A stretch of 63,000 nucleotides of DNA, the filler included, from Squatina squatina (taxonomy: Eukaryota): NCBI GenBank assembly GCA_031763465.1. It is 4 parts of 4 records of this genome, joined end to end, with 100 filler letters (N's around TTAATTAATTAA, not from the genome) between each part and the next. Parts side by side here need not be neighbours in the genome. Positions count along the whole stretch, not along the records: positions 48,547 to 63,000 come from JARFOE010000222.1; 3 more parts are not named here. One strand, written 5' to 3'. Position numbers and translations under genes: made by a program. The notes beneath the pieces are model-generated. The model was not told the origin of the DNA and searched no databases. It saw only the letters and a list, made by a program, of their open reading frames with translations. Every line of letters begins with the position of its first letter. Position 1 is the first letter of the stretch. This document shows positions 51,317 to 63,000 of the stretch, in pieces.

Positions 51317-52380
51317 CTCAAGGACATCCTCTCTTTCAAACATGACAATGTGTTCCCGAATCAGTACTGCCCCCCGCACCTCCCTTTTTTCCTTCCATAT
51401 CTTTTCTGAACACTTTGTATCCGTGAATATTCAGTGCCAGGTCCTCACCATTTTAAGCTACGTTTTCATTACTGTCATTACATCCTATTTCCACACAACT
51501 ATTTGTGCTTGTAATTCACCAATCTTATTCACCACAATTTGTGCGTTTACATACATGCATTCTAAACCTGTCTTTGTATTCCTTGTGGTCTTTCTTAGTC
51601 TGCTCCTAACTAATATGGTACTATTTCCCTCTCCAGTACTATCCAACACTCTCAGTCCTTTATGCACCTGATTCCTCTTTTCTACTTCTATATGCTGGTG
51701 CCCAACCCCCTGCTAATTTAGTTTAAACCCTCCCCAACCACACTAGTGAACCTCCCTGTGAGGACATTAGTCCCAGGCCTATTGAGGTACAACCCATCCC
51801 TTTTGAATAGGTCTCTCCTGCCCCAGAACTGGCCCCAATGCCCCAAGAATCTGAAGTCCTCCCTCCTGCACCATGCCTCAAGCCATGCATTGATCCTCCC
51901 TATCTTCCCATTTCTACTTTTGCTGGTGCGTGGCACTGGGAGTAATCCACAGATTATTACCTTCGAGGTCCTACTTTTTAAACTTCCTCCCTAGCTCCTG
52001 AAAGTCTGATCGTAGAACCACAATGCCTGCCCTCTCTATGTCGTTGGTACTGGCATGTGCCACAACTTCTGGCTCACTCCCTTCCCCCTGCAGAATGTTC
52101 TGCACCCTCTCCGTGATGTCCTTTACCCTGGCAGCAGGGTGGCAACTCACCATACGGTACTTACGATGACGGTTACAGAAACACCTGTCTGTCCCCATAA
52201 CTATGGAATCACCTATAACGATTGCATTCCTACACTTTGCTGTTCCCCCCCGTGCAGTTCCTTGCCCATTGGTGCTATGGTCTGGACTGCACTCCTTCAA
52301 AGTGTTGTCACTCCCAGCAGTCTCCAATGCTGAGTACTGGTTTGAGAGTGGCACACACCACAAAGACCCCTGCACCTCCT
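51317..52380 (-). mobile_element. CR1 LINE fragment: ORF1 SGNH/GDSL esterase and start of the ORF2 endonuclease, frameshifted
   Basis: VIGDSIV, HASTNDI, RINAWLEAWCRREDFRFLGHW and DGLYLN (esterase); CMYVNAQIVVNKIGEL (APE start); split across two ORFs. Confidence 0.88.
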
Positions 52381-53429
52381 GTCATTGCCAGGGACCCTTA
52401 AAGGCGCATGGTCTGCGCCATCGGCCGTCATCTTTAAACAGCGGGCAAGGTTGTCAGCCGATTTCGCCCAAGGAACCACCCCACCCTTCCGGCATGCTTT
52501 CTGGCATGCCTGCACCTTCGGAAAAAAATTTCCACCTGCCTGCTGGCCCAGTAGGTCCTGGATCCTCCTCTTCTGCGAAAGTCTGTGACCCTTGCCTTTA
52601 AGGCAGGCGGCGGGGTCACGGCTTGTGCCACGCTGCCGGCTTAACGCTCCAGTGACGTGGATTTGGCCAGGTCACCGCCGGGCCAGCGCTGTGGCAATGC
52701 TGGTCCAAAACGTCGACAAAGAGCCCAAGTTCACGTCACTGTGCATCGCTGGTGATGCGGCACAGAACTAACTAGGGGCCCCGAAATCAGCGGCCTGTTT
52801 TGGGGCAGCTGAATTGGGGCCCCATGAAGTGCCCACATGATGCAGGAATTGCAAGCAACATGAGGGGGCAGGAACTGTAATTTAAAAAAAACATTCAGCG
52901 TGACTGAGTTAAGATGGGCCGATTGAACTCCTTCATCTATATCTATCTCGTAATCTTGTGAATTGATCATTCTGCTTATCTCTTAACAAATGCTACACAA
53001 GGGAAATGAAAGCATCATTAAAGAAGTCGTCAGTGTGATGCCCAACAGCAATGTGCTTCCTCTCTCATGACAGCTGACTGCAATAAGGAAACAGAATCTA
53101 ATAATGAGGCAGAGTCTTTCAGACATGGCGAGTATTAATGAGGAAGGCTCATTAGCCAGTTACAGCACGTGCCAGTACCAGCACTTGCCGATTACACTAG
53201 AATTAGACCACAAGCATCCTGCCACTCGCTTACAGCCCTCAATGCTGTGAACATTTCTACTACTAGGATTTCAGTACAGTTACAGCAACTAACAAGCAAG
53301 TAACACAGCCACTGGGAGTTTGAGGGCAAGTGAATTATGTGTGGGCGAAGTTTTCCAGGTGCTAAGCTGTACATTTTAGGTTTATTTGAATCTTTACAAC
53401 CCAACCATTCTTTTCTCAAAAAAGAAAAA

Positions 53430-54295
53430 AACTGAAATATCACGTGGACGTAAGTATTCAGACCCTTTGCTCAGTACTTAGTAGAAGCCCCTTCTTGAGC
53501 TAATACAGCCATGAGTCTTCTTGGGAATGATGCAACAAGTTTTTCACACCTGGATTTGGGGATTTTCTGCCACTCTTCTGTACAAATCCTCCACAGCTCT
53601 GTCAGGTTTGATGGGGAACGTTGGTGTACAGCCATTTTCAGGTCTCTCCAGAGATGTTCAGTTGGGTTTAAGTCAGGGCTCTGGCTGGGCCATTGAAGGA
53701 CATTCATGGAGTTGTCCCTTAGCCACTCCTGTGTTGTTATGGTCATTGTCATGTTGGAAGGTGAACCTTCGGCCCAGTCTGAGGTCCTGAGCACTCTGGA
53801 CTAGGTTTTCATCCAGGATATCTCTGTACATTGCCGCGTTCATCTTTCCTTCAACTACAACCAATTGCCCAGTCCCTGCAGCTGAAAAACACCCCCACTG
53901 CATGATGCTGCCACCACCGTGCTTCACTGTTGGGACTGTATTGGACAGGTGATGAGCAGTGCCTGGTTTTCTCCACACATATCGCTTAGAATTAAGGCCA
54001 AAAAGTTCTATCTTGGTCTCATCAGACCACAGGATGTGGTTCCAGTATTCCATGTCCTTAGTCTGCTTGTCTTCAGCAAACTGTTTGCGGGCTTTCTTGT
54101 GCACCATCTTTAGAAGAGGCTTTCTTCTGGGACGACAGCCATGCAGACCAATTTGATGCAGTGTGCGGCATGTGGTTTGAGCACTGACAGGCTGGCTCCC
54201 CATCCCTTCAACCTCTGCAGCAATGCTGGCAGCACTCACACGTCTATTTTCAAAAGCCAACCTCTGGACATGACGCTGAGCACGTGCACTCAACT
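53430..54295 (-). mobile_element. Tc1/mariner transposase remnant (DD34E type, frameshifted) with 3' terminal sequence
   Basis: RRKPLLK, WSDETKI, TVKHGGGSIM.WGC, FQHDND, WPSQSPDLNP.EHLW and GASTKY*; 'aagtattcagaccctt' terminal-repeat-like motif. Confidence 0.95.
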
Positions 54296-54395
54296 NNNNN
54301 NNNNNNNNNNNNNNNNNNNNNNNNNNNNNNNNNNNNNNNNNNNNNNNNNNNNNNNNNNNNNNNNNNNNNNNNNNNNNNNNNNNNNNNNNNNNNNN

Positions 54396-54725
54396 CTTAA
54401 TTGCTTGCTGCACCTGCATGTTAACTTTCAGTGATTCGTGTACAAGGACACCCAGGTTCCTCTGAGCATCAACATTTCCCAATCTCTCACCATTTAAAAA
54501 ATAATCTGCATTTCCATTTTTCCTACCAAAGTGGATAACTTCACATTTCTCCACATTATATTCCATACTTAGCCTGTTGATATCTCTTTGCAACCACTTT
54601 GCATCCTCCTTACAACTTACATTGCCAGCAAACTTGGATTCATTACACTCGGTCCCCTCATCTAAATCATTAATATAAATTGCAAATAGCTGAGACCCAA
54701 GCACTGATCCTTTTGGTACTCCGCT
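54396..54725 (-). mobile_element. CR1 RT fragment
   Basis: SGVPKGSVLGSQLFAIYINDLDEG...YNVEKCEVIHFGRKN. Confidence 0.9.
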
Positions 54726-54779
54726 AGTTCCAGATTTGTCAAACATAATTTCTGATCTGACACCAGCGCTGTTGGAACT

Positions 54780-55022
54780 TCATTCTCGAGCCTATGCCCT
54801 GTCTTAACCTCCCACAGCGGAACATGCATTCAACGGCATGAATGAAATAGTGCTATTTAAAGGGATCATGAGCTATATACAGGTTAGTTACTGGACTATT
54901 TCTTCTGGCTGTTGGTGCAATTGCACACATTTTTGGTGCTTTGCTATACTTGGCTAAAGTTTGAATCGTCTACAGGGAGTCTGACTGGTGCTGAAGGACT
55001 TTTCTGTTCATTTAAAAGCTTG
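54780..55022 (+). repeat. Copy of the Harbinger-associated 5' region repeated at ~56500-56750
   Basis: Shared blocks 'ctatttaaagggatca', 'tttgaatcgtctacagggagt' and 'gttcatttaaaagcttg'. Confidence 0.8.
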
Positions 55023-56261
55023 NNNNNNNNNNNNNNNNNNNNNNNNNNNNNNNNNNNNNNNNNNNNNNNNNNNNNNNNNNNNNNNNNNNNNNNNNNNNNN
55101 NNNNNNNNNNNNNNNNNNNNNNAAGTGTATCATAGTTTAATTACCATTTAGTTACCAGTACAATTATTTAATAATCCTACTGCATGGCATGATAATGATG
55201 CACATCCATGCAACATGCCAGGAATGGTGTGATGCGGGCTCATGCCTGCAGATATGCACGTGAGAAATTCTAAATCTCAGGTGAGCCACTTGTGAGGCTT
55301 GCCAAGTGGAGACCAGTCACTTCGCCACAGGATCTTAGCGTGAGTCACCCTGAGCTGCTCTTCACACCTCCGAGTGATTAGTTACAGGGCAGGAGTGCGA
55401 GAGGCCTAGTTTGGCAGGCTGTCTGGTTATCTGTTTGGCCAAAGAATGGTGTCTGATGCAAGGAAACTTCAGCGAGAAGAGCAAAACACGTAAAATAGCA
55501 TCTAAAAGAAAGTGGTAGAGTAAATCGTCAGAAACTACTTTTTGTTTTTACTTCAGACTTAATCACTGATAATCTGACTAGGAAACCCAAAATGGGAGAG
55601 AAAATGAGGCTGATTTCTTGCACTACCATTTATTCCAACAGCCAGACAATTGAAAGCATTTATTGCTACATTTTTGTTTGGTTCCTTTTTTTAAATTAAG
55701 ACCAGTAAAAGCTGCAACTCCGTTGATCTAACATTCGTCTCAAACAATTATTTTCTCTGGTGAAGAAGTCACTGGAAACAATAAGAATCAGCATTTGAAT
55801 TTCAGAAAGTTATGACTTAGGAGAAACTTTTGTCAAGGGTTGGTATTGGTACTGAGCCCATTATGCTTCAGGAGCAAAATCATTGTGAATATTAAATGGA
55901 AACCTTCTGTCATCAATTTCAATGAATGATCTGTTGTGACAACATAGATTACATTCTACACTGAAAGTTGGCCAGACAGTTTGTTTTGTCTAGATGTGGC
56001 TTTGGGCAGGTTTGGTTTGGTGCTTGTTGGAAGTAGTTTCCACCCCCATTATAGTGTTTCTGGCTTCAGGCAGCCAGCTCATTATTTTTCCCTTTCTGCT
56101 TTGTTTTGCTGGCAATATTTGGTAATGTTATCAGCTGAAAAGGTGAATACCAACAGTTTAAATTGAAGACAAGAACACCCAGCCTGGTGCCAACAGTGCG
56201 AATCAGCTGAGGAACAAACTTTGCTTTTTGCTTTATTGAAATCCAAATTGCCATAACAAGA

Positions 56262-57018
56262 CGGGGGCTAAATTGGGCTCTGTAGTGCCTGTTTATTTTA
56301 GGTGCTATGCGGCCACCTGACGCTCGAAAATGAGGTCTGAGATGTGCGCACGCGCACGCAATTCCAACAGTAAGCGCGCAGGGCGTCATTTTGGTAAAGA
56401 GGTTTGTGCCCGTGCCCCTAACGACTGCCGGCAACATGCAGAGCAGACAGATTATGATGCCAATCAGTGTGTAATGCTGATTTGATGCCAGCACTGCCAT
56501 TTTCCAACTGGACGTGCCAGCCAACCTCCCACAGCTGAACACACTGTTAAATGGAATGAAGGAGCCCCCACCAACACTATTTAAAGGGATCAGGAACTAC
56601 TTACAGGTCAGTTGCTGGATTATTCCTTCTGACTGCTGATGCAATAATACATGTTTTTGGAGCTTTTTGATAGTTGGCTAAAATTTGAATCGTCTACAGG
56701 GAGTGGTCTGGCTGGTGCATAAGTACTTTTTAGTTCATTTAAAAGCTTGTGCTGAAAAAAGTTGCTTGGGTGGCCCAGTAGGGCTTCCTCTTGGAATTGA
56801 GCATGACTAGGAGAATGAACAGAGGCCACGGAGAGCAGGACAAGGTGCTACAAGAGGGAGGAGGGGAAGGTCTCTCATCAGGAGATTATATCTGCAGAGG
56901 GTCTTTAGGGAGCAATTCTCTTACCTCACCTTCAGCAAGAACCAATGCTTGAGACATCTTCGCTTAACTGAAGAGGTTGGGACTGAAATCTGCCAACTGC
57001 TGCAGCCTCAACTACAAC
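56262..57018 (+). mobile_element. PIF/Harbinger element: left end and start of a HARBI1-like nuclease
   Basis: GGGGCTAAATTG terminus-like motif; peptide RGRRGRSLIRRLYLQRVFREQFSYLTFSKNQCLRHLRLTEEVGTEICQLLQPQLQ resembles the Harbinger transposase N-terminus. Confidence 0.7.
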
Positions 57019-57749
57019 NNNNNNNNNNNNNNNNNNNNNNNNNNNNNNNNNNNNNNNNNNNNNNNNNNNNNNNNNNNNNNNNNNNNNNNNNNNNNNNNNN
57101 NNNNNNNNNNNNNNNNNNTGAAGTCACGTCCGTCTTGTTCTTTTCCTAGACCTACGGTTAAACACTATCTGGATTATTCTACTAAAAGTTGTTTTAGAAT
57201 TTGTTTCACTGATCTACTCACTGCGGGACTTAACCCCAACTTTTCTGAATACCCAAAAAGCACCTAACTGCTCAAGTCTTGGCATTGTGAAGTCAAATGA
57301 AAATGGACAAGTGGAATGTGGCAAAAACAGCCTCTGTATAAAAATGATACATTCTTGTTCATATTTGAGAAATGTTCAATACAAAGCTTAGATCTTTGCC
57401 TGTATAGAGCTAGGCACACACACGTACATATACATCAGAGGGTTAATGCTGGAAGGCAATTTTGAAGAAGCAAATAACACTATTTTCAAGCTGTCACCAT
57501 GTGAAATAGAGGAAAACCCCTGGGGAGCAAGTGTAAAATTGAAACTCATGTAGCTAATAGCCATATCAGGCAGCTAAAGCCCTCCTTCCTCTGTGTAAAA
57601 TTACTGAGTTATTTAAATAGCCAAATGTTGTAGAGATTGTACATGGATGAATACATGGCCTACAGGTAAAGAATAATCAAAATCATGACATGCACATAAT
57701 CAAAACACCTCACTTGGCTGCCACTAACACACTCCCTGTTCTCTTGCAG

Positions 57750-58141
57750 GAGAAGGTCACGTATAACTTGTGGCAGGAGGCAGCAACCAGAGAAGGAAGA
57801 GATGGCACCTTTTCATCTCTGGAAGATGACGTGCTGGCCATTGTGGGTGCGGGAGAATCTCGGCATGGTGAGTGCCTACACTGGAGGTGCCATGCAGAGT
57901 TTCTTCACACCTTATCCTCTTTTTCCTTTCTGACTTCTATCTCACCCGACACACTCCCTATGACACACTCCCTATAACCCACGTCCCTCTCTTTCAGGGG
58001 CTGAAAACATCAACGTCCTTGTGCCACTTCATGTAGAGCAGGTCAGCCTTCCTGAAGATGACATGTTGCACGATCTGACCATATCAAGCACCATGTCAAA
58101 GCTGGAACCACGCGTTCTTCAGAGAGTCGGTCATAGGACCG
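57750..58141 (+). mobile_element. Spliced Harbinger Myb-protein-like exons (57750-57867 and 57998 to the gap)
   Basis: CACTAAC branch point, ttgcAG acceptor, EKVTYN...SSLEDDVLAIVG, GTGAGT donor; the next ttcAG exon stays in frame up to the gap. Confidence 0.5.
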
Positions 58142-58241
58142 NNNNNNNNNNNNNNNNNNNNNNNNNNNNNNNNNNNNNNNNNNNNNNNNNNNNNNNNNNN
58201 NNNNNNNNNNNNNNNNNNNNNNNNNNNNNNNNNNNNNNNNN

Positions 58242-59185
58242 AATGGCCCGTGCCCGGCTGCTGAGGATCAGTGGAGCCTGGCTCGGACTGCCCCTTGGGG
58301 CATCCTCGGGGAGCTTTCACCCTAGAAGGGTCAGCTCCAGATTGCGAGCAGATGTTGATGGCTGCGCAGGCTGGGGTGGGCCGGTCGCAGGCATGAGCTG
58401 CGCCGATCGCAGAGTGCCACTCCGTGACCAGGACTGAGACCATGCTGAGGCAGGGCTTCAAGCTCCAGGTCGGGGGAAGGAGTGACACTCCTCCGGAGCA
58501 GCTGCTTCAGTCTGTGTCATCACAGACTGATGTGATGCCAATGCACCGGTGGGCCCCCAGTCTCCCGTCATTACCACAGCTGCGATAGCGGCCGTCATTG
58601 CCCGCATGGCTTCCACCAGAGATAGCCTGAAAGCTGCCTCTTCATGGATGCCAGCAACGACTTTGTGCAACAACAGACTCTGAGACTGCACTGCTGCAAT
58701 CAAAGAATCTGTTCTCGCAGAATGTCCATCCACCACTGCACAGAGCCAATTCGTTGCCTCGGCCTGTGCCGTGATGGATGATGCCACCTCGCCCATGACA
58801 TGTTCCAGGCATGCTGGATCATGACGTTCGATATGCACCTGGAGGAGGGAATGAATGCTCTCCAGCACAGGTCGCATGGTCTGCATGGATGTCTCCATAA
58901 TGCTGGAGGCGGATTCCTCTGCCCTCCTCATGACCTCAGAGACCATCTCTGTTCATGCATGGCCATGACCGCTCGTGGCACATTGACCCCTCTGAGGTTC
59001 ACATCTGAACTAAGCGCAGCAGAGCCGACTGGACAAGTGACCCTCTGGCCACTTCCCACTCCAGCACCCCTAGGCCTTACTCCATCCTGCACCCTGCTGG
59101 GACCCGGTGCAGAACTCTGTGCGACATCAGGTTGGTCCCTATCCTCCACTAAACGCGAGGTAGGCATCTCTGAGCTGACGCGTGA
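58242..59185 (-). mobile_element. GC-rich degenerate ORF, probably the coiled-coil C-terminus of a Harbinger DNA-binding protein
   Basis: Overlapping frameshifted ORFs with Ala/Met-rich heptads (SLVEAMRAMTAAIAAVV) among other Harbinger pieces. Confidence 0.45.
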
Positions 59186-59224
59186 TGCAGCTGTATGGTA
59201 TGATGCTATGAACCTCTATCTTTG

Positions 59225-59785
59225 CATCACCCATGACTTTGTCACCTCCATACCTGACTATTCCAAAGCTCCCCTGACTGGCCATATATCCCCATGCATT
59301 CTGTAAGAGTCAGCTGATCCAAAACTCTACTACCTGTATCCTATCCCACACCAAGCCCCATTCACCCATCATCCCTGTCCTTGCTAACCTATATTGGCTC
59401 CTATTCCCCTAATGATTCCAATTTAAAATTCTCATCTTTGTGTTTAAATCCCTTCATGGCCTTGCTCTTCCCCATCTATGTAATGTCCTCCAGTCCTACA
59501 AACCCCCTAAACTCTCCACTCCTCTGACTCTGGCTTCTTGTGCATCTAACTCCTTTGTCTACCCATTGGTGGCCACTCCTTCAACCACTGAGGCCCCACA
59601 TCCCTCCCTAAGCCCCTCCAACTCATCATTTCCCTCTCAAGACCCTTCTTAAAGCCCCCCTCTTTGACCAAGCTTTTGGTCAGCCATCCTCAAATCTCCC
59701 TCTTTGGTTCAGCATCCATTTTTGATTATACCTCTGTGAAGCACTTTGGAATGTTTTTCTGTATTAAACTGCATAGCAACTTGTT
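59225..59785 (+). mobile_element. L2 LINE 3' fragment
   Basis: LDYSKA.L.G, SPITPVLANLYWL-like and FKILIFVFKSLHGLA.P motifs; L2-type tail 'tgtgaagcactttggaatgtttt'. Confidence 0.8.
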
Positions 59786-60954
59786 GCAGCCTGATAAAGC
59801 AGGAATATGAAGCAATGTGCAAACTTGGGCTTTTTGGTCCTTTTTGTTAATTCTAACGCAATAAAGTGGAATCTCACCAGGTGACCCCTGATAACTGTTC
59901 CTGAGCCCAAAGGTGTCAAGTCAATTCCAGAATAGGTGTGAACTAACACTAAAATGAACCAAACTAGCATTCATTTTTTGAATAATGCTGATCCAGACAG
60001 GATATCTGAACCTTAGTCTGAATCTGTATCTCCCAGCTCTGCTGTCCTGTGGATTGCTTGAGAACCGAGTATAAATTACCAGTAGCATTTTTCACATAGG
60101 TCCTCTGTTGCGACAGTCAGATATTCCAATATGCGACCAGCACATAAATCATGGAAATTCTGGCAGCATTGATGTTATTATTGAAATTTGGAGGGGTTCT
60201 GAAATAGAATCCTCAATTTAACTGTTGGATATATAAGCTGCCCTTTCAGTAACACTGTTGTGGGCATATTTGGTAAAGAAGGAAAAGTGCAAATTCGTTG
60301 AATTATGTTTGAGTGTTATAATATTTGGTCCCCAGTATAAAAAAATGACACCCCAATCAATGGAAAAATGCTTGGGCCTGGCCTTGGTAAAAACGTCAGT
60401 GTGGCTCATTGCTTTCACCACACTTGACCGATTTCTGTGCCTAATTTTGAGTGTGAAACTGTAAGTGTGAATGACCTGTGGACTAAAATAAAAGATGACA
60501 AGACAGCTGCAGAAACATAAAGCATAACAATGGTGTAAAAATGCCCAATTTTGTAGTGGAATAAGGAAGCTTCTTCTCAAACCCCTATTGTTGACACAAG
60601 ACATTATTCCACCGAGAAGTTATCCTGATCAAGGACCCGCAAGGCAAACGACAACGTTTTCAACTGGAAATTTTCTCATGAATGCTTAATACACTGTACA
60701 AAGAAAACAATGTCACCATAATAATTTGCAGTGCTTCACAAAAGTATGTGCTTATGCTTTTGTATGTCCTATTGTCAGCATTGTCTAGTTAGTCTTCAGT
60801 GGAACCCTTTTCTCTAGATTTGATGGATCAGAAAGCACACTCTGTGCACAGTATAAATCTAGCTATTTATTTAACAGTAACATGATAGTCTTTCATTACA
60901 TCTTTCATTCTCACAATACAATTCTAAGAGGGTCAAAAAAATTCTCAGTTTTCA

Positions 60955-61405
60955 CATAGGGACACAGGTACAGGAGTAGGCCATTCAGCCCATCAAGTCT
61001 GTTACGGCATTCAATTAGATCATGGCTGATCTGTAATTCCATCTACCCCTTCCATAACCCTTAATACCCTTATCTGACAAAAATCTATCAATCTCAGTTT
61101 TTAAATTTTCAATTAAACTAGCATCAACAGTTTTTTTTGGGGGGGGGGTGCGGGGTGTGGAAAGAGAGCTCCAAATTTCCACTACCCTTTGTGTGAATAA
61201 ATGCATTCGGACATAACTCTTGAATTTTAAGGTTATTCCCCCTTGTTCTGTACTCCCCCACCAGAGGAAGTAGTTTCTTTCTATCTACCCTATCAAATCC
61301 TTTGATTAACTTAAACACCTCAAGTAAATCACCCATGAACCTTCAATATTCAAGGAAATGCAAGCCTAGTCTATGCAACCTGTCCTCATAATTTAATCCT
61401 TTTAA
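60955..61405 (-). mobile_element. CR1 LINE 3' end
   Basis: GDLLEVFKLIKGFDRVD...RTRGNNLKI; FTQRVVEIWSSL; tail 'ggagtaggccattcagccc'. Confidence 0.9.
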
Positions 61406-61559
61406 CCCGGTGTTACCCTACATCTACAGCAGGGGGTCACATAAAGACTTGCACTGTGCTTAAGAGTTTGCAGCACTAAATCTCTGTGGAAACTCAGGCC
61501 TCGGCAGGTCAGTGGTGAGCAGTCAGTGACGGGTCTTGACCTCGCTGCTGGCTCCAGCC

Positions 61560-63000
61560 CACTGCCCAAAATGATTTTATGTTGATTGGGCTTGTTAAGC
61601 CCGCCCAACATGTTTGCCAGCCAATTGAAGGAAACGGGTCTGATGACATCATCTGCCGGTTTCCTTACATGGACCATGTGCAAATTCAGTTTGATAGCTG
61701 ATCTGTCTGTGTTCTACAGCATTGAGGTGCAGCAAACACTAACAAGCACTGGACAAGGGTGCATGGCTGCATCCATGCTCTTCCATGATACTCTCCTTAT
61801 GCTTATGGAGGGAGTCACAGCACTCAGGGAGGTTCTCTTCCCTTCGAATGAGCAGAAGAGACCTTCCCAGGAGAGCAATGCAGCCTAGTCGCACATTGTA
61901 TAGGAGGACACAAGCAGGGATGTCGTCAGGAGGACCAGGCTGCAGAGGCGCAAATCTTTCAGTGATCTCAGCAAATCACGAAATGTTACTGCAAAGTCAC
62001 ATTCAACCTCATCCTGCTGTGCCACTCATCACTTCCCCATCACACTGCATTCTCTATCCTATTCCTTCACATCCTTACCCACATTAACTTACCTTGTACC
62101 TCCACCCATCCCTCTCTATCTATGTACATTATCACTTCCCCATCTCACTAGCCACCCCTCACCTCAACCATCATCCTAGTCCAATCATACAAACTAGCAA
62201 CACACAAGAGTAGGCACTTGGGTGTTTTATGCAATATTCATGTGAATTTTCTTTTAATGTGGTGTCAAACATTGAAACCTCTATTTTCAACACTTTGCGT
62301 TCTTGGACAGATCTGTGTGCACCTTTGGAAGTGGTTTATTGAGTTACAGTGAATGGTAAGACATAACATTATCCCCTGCAATGGTGATGAGTGTGAAAAG
62401 AATAGCTTGGGCATTGTAGGAATCCTTTATGGTGGAGGAGTTGTGTGGTGCCAATCTGGCGTATCATGTGGCAGCCAGGGTGTACAGCCTCAAGTGAAGT
62501 AAATTGGCCATGATGAGGCCATCCCTGGTATCCTGGGCAGCAATGTGCTTGGGTGCTGATGCCCTGTGTCCTGTGCAGCATCATTTGATTGTGGAGAAGG
62601 TTGGTATTTTTTTGGTGCTGCTGGTGTGCCTGGTGATGTTGTTGTTGGGGCTGATTGTGGTGCGATTCTGAGGAGGAAGGTGAGATGGTTTCAAGGGCAC
62701 CGATGCTGATAGATGTATATATGGCAGGTGAACTTGAGATGACAGAACCGATCTGTCAATGGTGAGAGAGTTTGTTCCAATGAGGTGACACTGGATAGAG
62801 AGTTTACTCCAAACACTTGCAACCTGCATAAAGCTCAATCTCTCTTCCAAATGCAGTAAGCAACAGCTTCTAAGCTTGGAAAGTGAACAGCTGTGAGATG
62901 GGAGCTTATATAGCACATTTATAGCAGCTGTCAAGTAATGAAATGATTTCATAGTCATGGAGTCCCCGACCCCCACACCTGACGTGATCCCCAAGCAGTG
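61560..63000. mobile_element. Degenerate Harbinger element: Myb-like ORF (+, ~61760-61975) and nuclease-like remains (-)
   Basis: FHDTLLMLMEGVTALREVLFP...RRTRLQRRKSFSDL Myb/SANT-like pattern with stops; convergent degenerate ORF downstream. Confidence 0.55.

Noticed and set aside
51718-52375. Host GDSL/SGNH esterase gene
   Set aside because: Frameshifted, the catalytic DxxH reads DGLY, and it is followed by a CR1 endonuclease start, so it is LINE ORF1
53673-54746. 357-aa ORF appearing to fuse a reverse transcriptase with a Tc1 transposase
   Set aside because: The two halves are separated by a 100-N gap of unknown size; the fusion comes from translating through Ns

Overview
This is vertebrate nuclear DNA, most likely from a shark or other cartilaginous fish. 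That call rests on the repeat set: Deu-domain/SacSINE-like and LF-SINE-like SINEs, CR1, L2, Harbinger and Tc1. The assembly is a fragmented draft with many 100-N gaps. Three artificial N44-TTAATTAATTAA-N44 linkers split the window into four unrelated scaffolds. (1) 1-14102: KDM4C exons on the minus strand, head-to-head with mid-gene GLDC exons on the plus strand. (2) 14203-28948: two exons of a divergent OST-alpha/SLC51A-like gene (+), convergent with SOCS4 (-), which is head-to-head with WDHD1 (+). (3) 29049-48446: CAPRIN1 exons and 3' end, then NAT10 exons (+). (4) 48547-63000: no recognisable host gene, only CR1, L2, Tc1 and Harbinger relics. Many expected exons are absent and probably lie in the gaps. 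I see no convincing new multi-gene system. The best leads are the SLC51A-like paralog beside SOCS4 (with an apparently fused exon), an apparently chimeric Tc1 transposase, and a substitution in the conserved GLDC HGTNPAS motif. Comparisons with human genes are from recall, not database searches.
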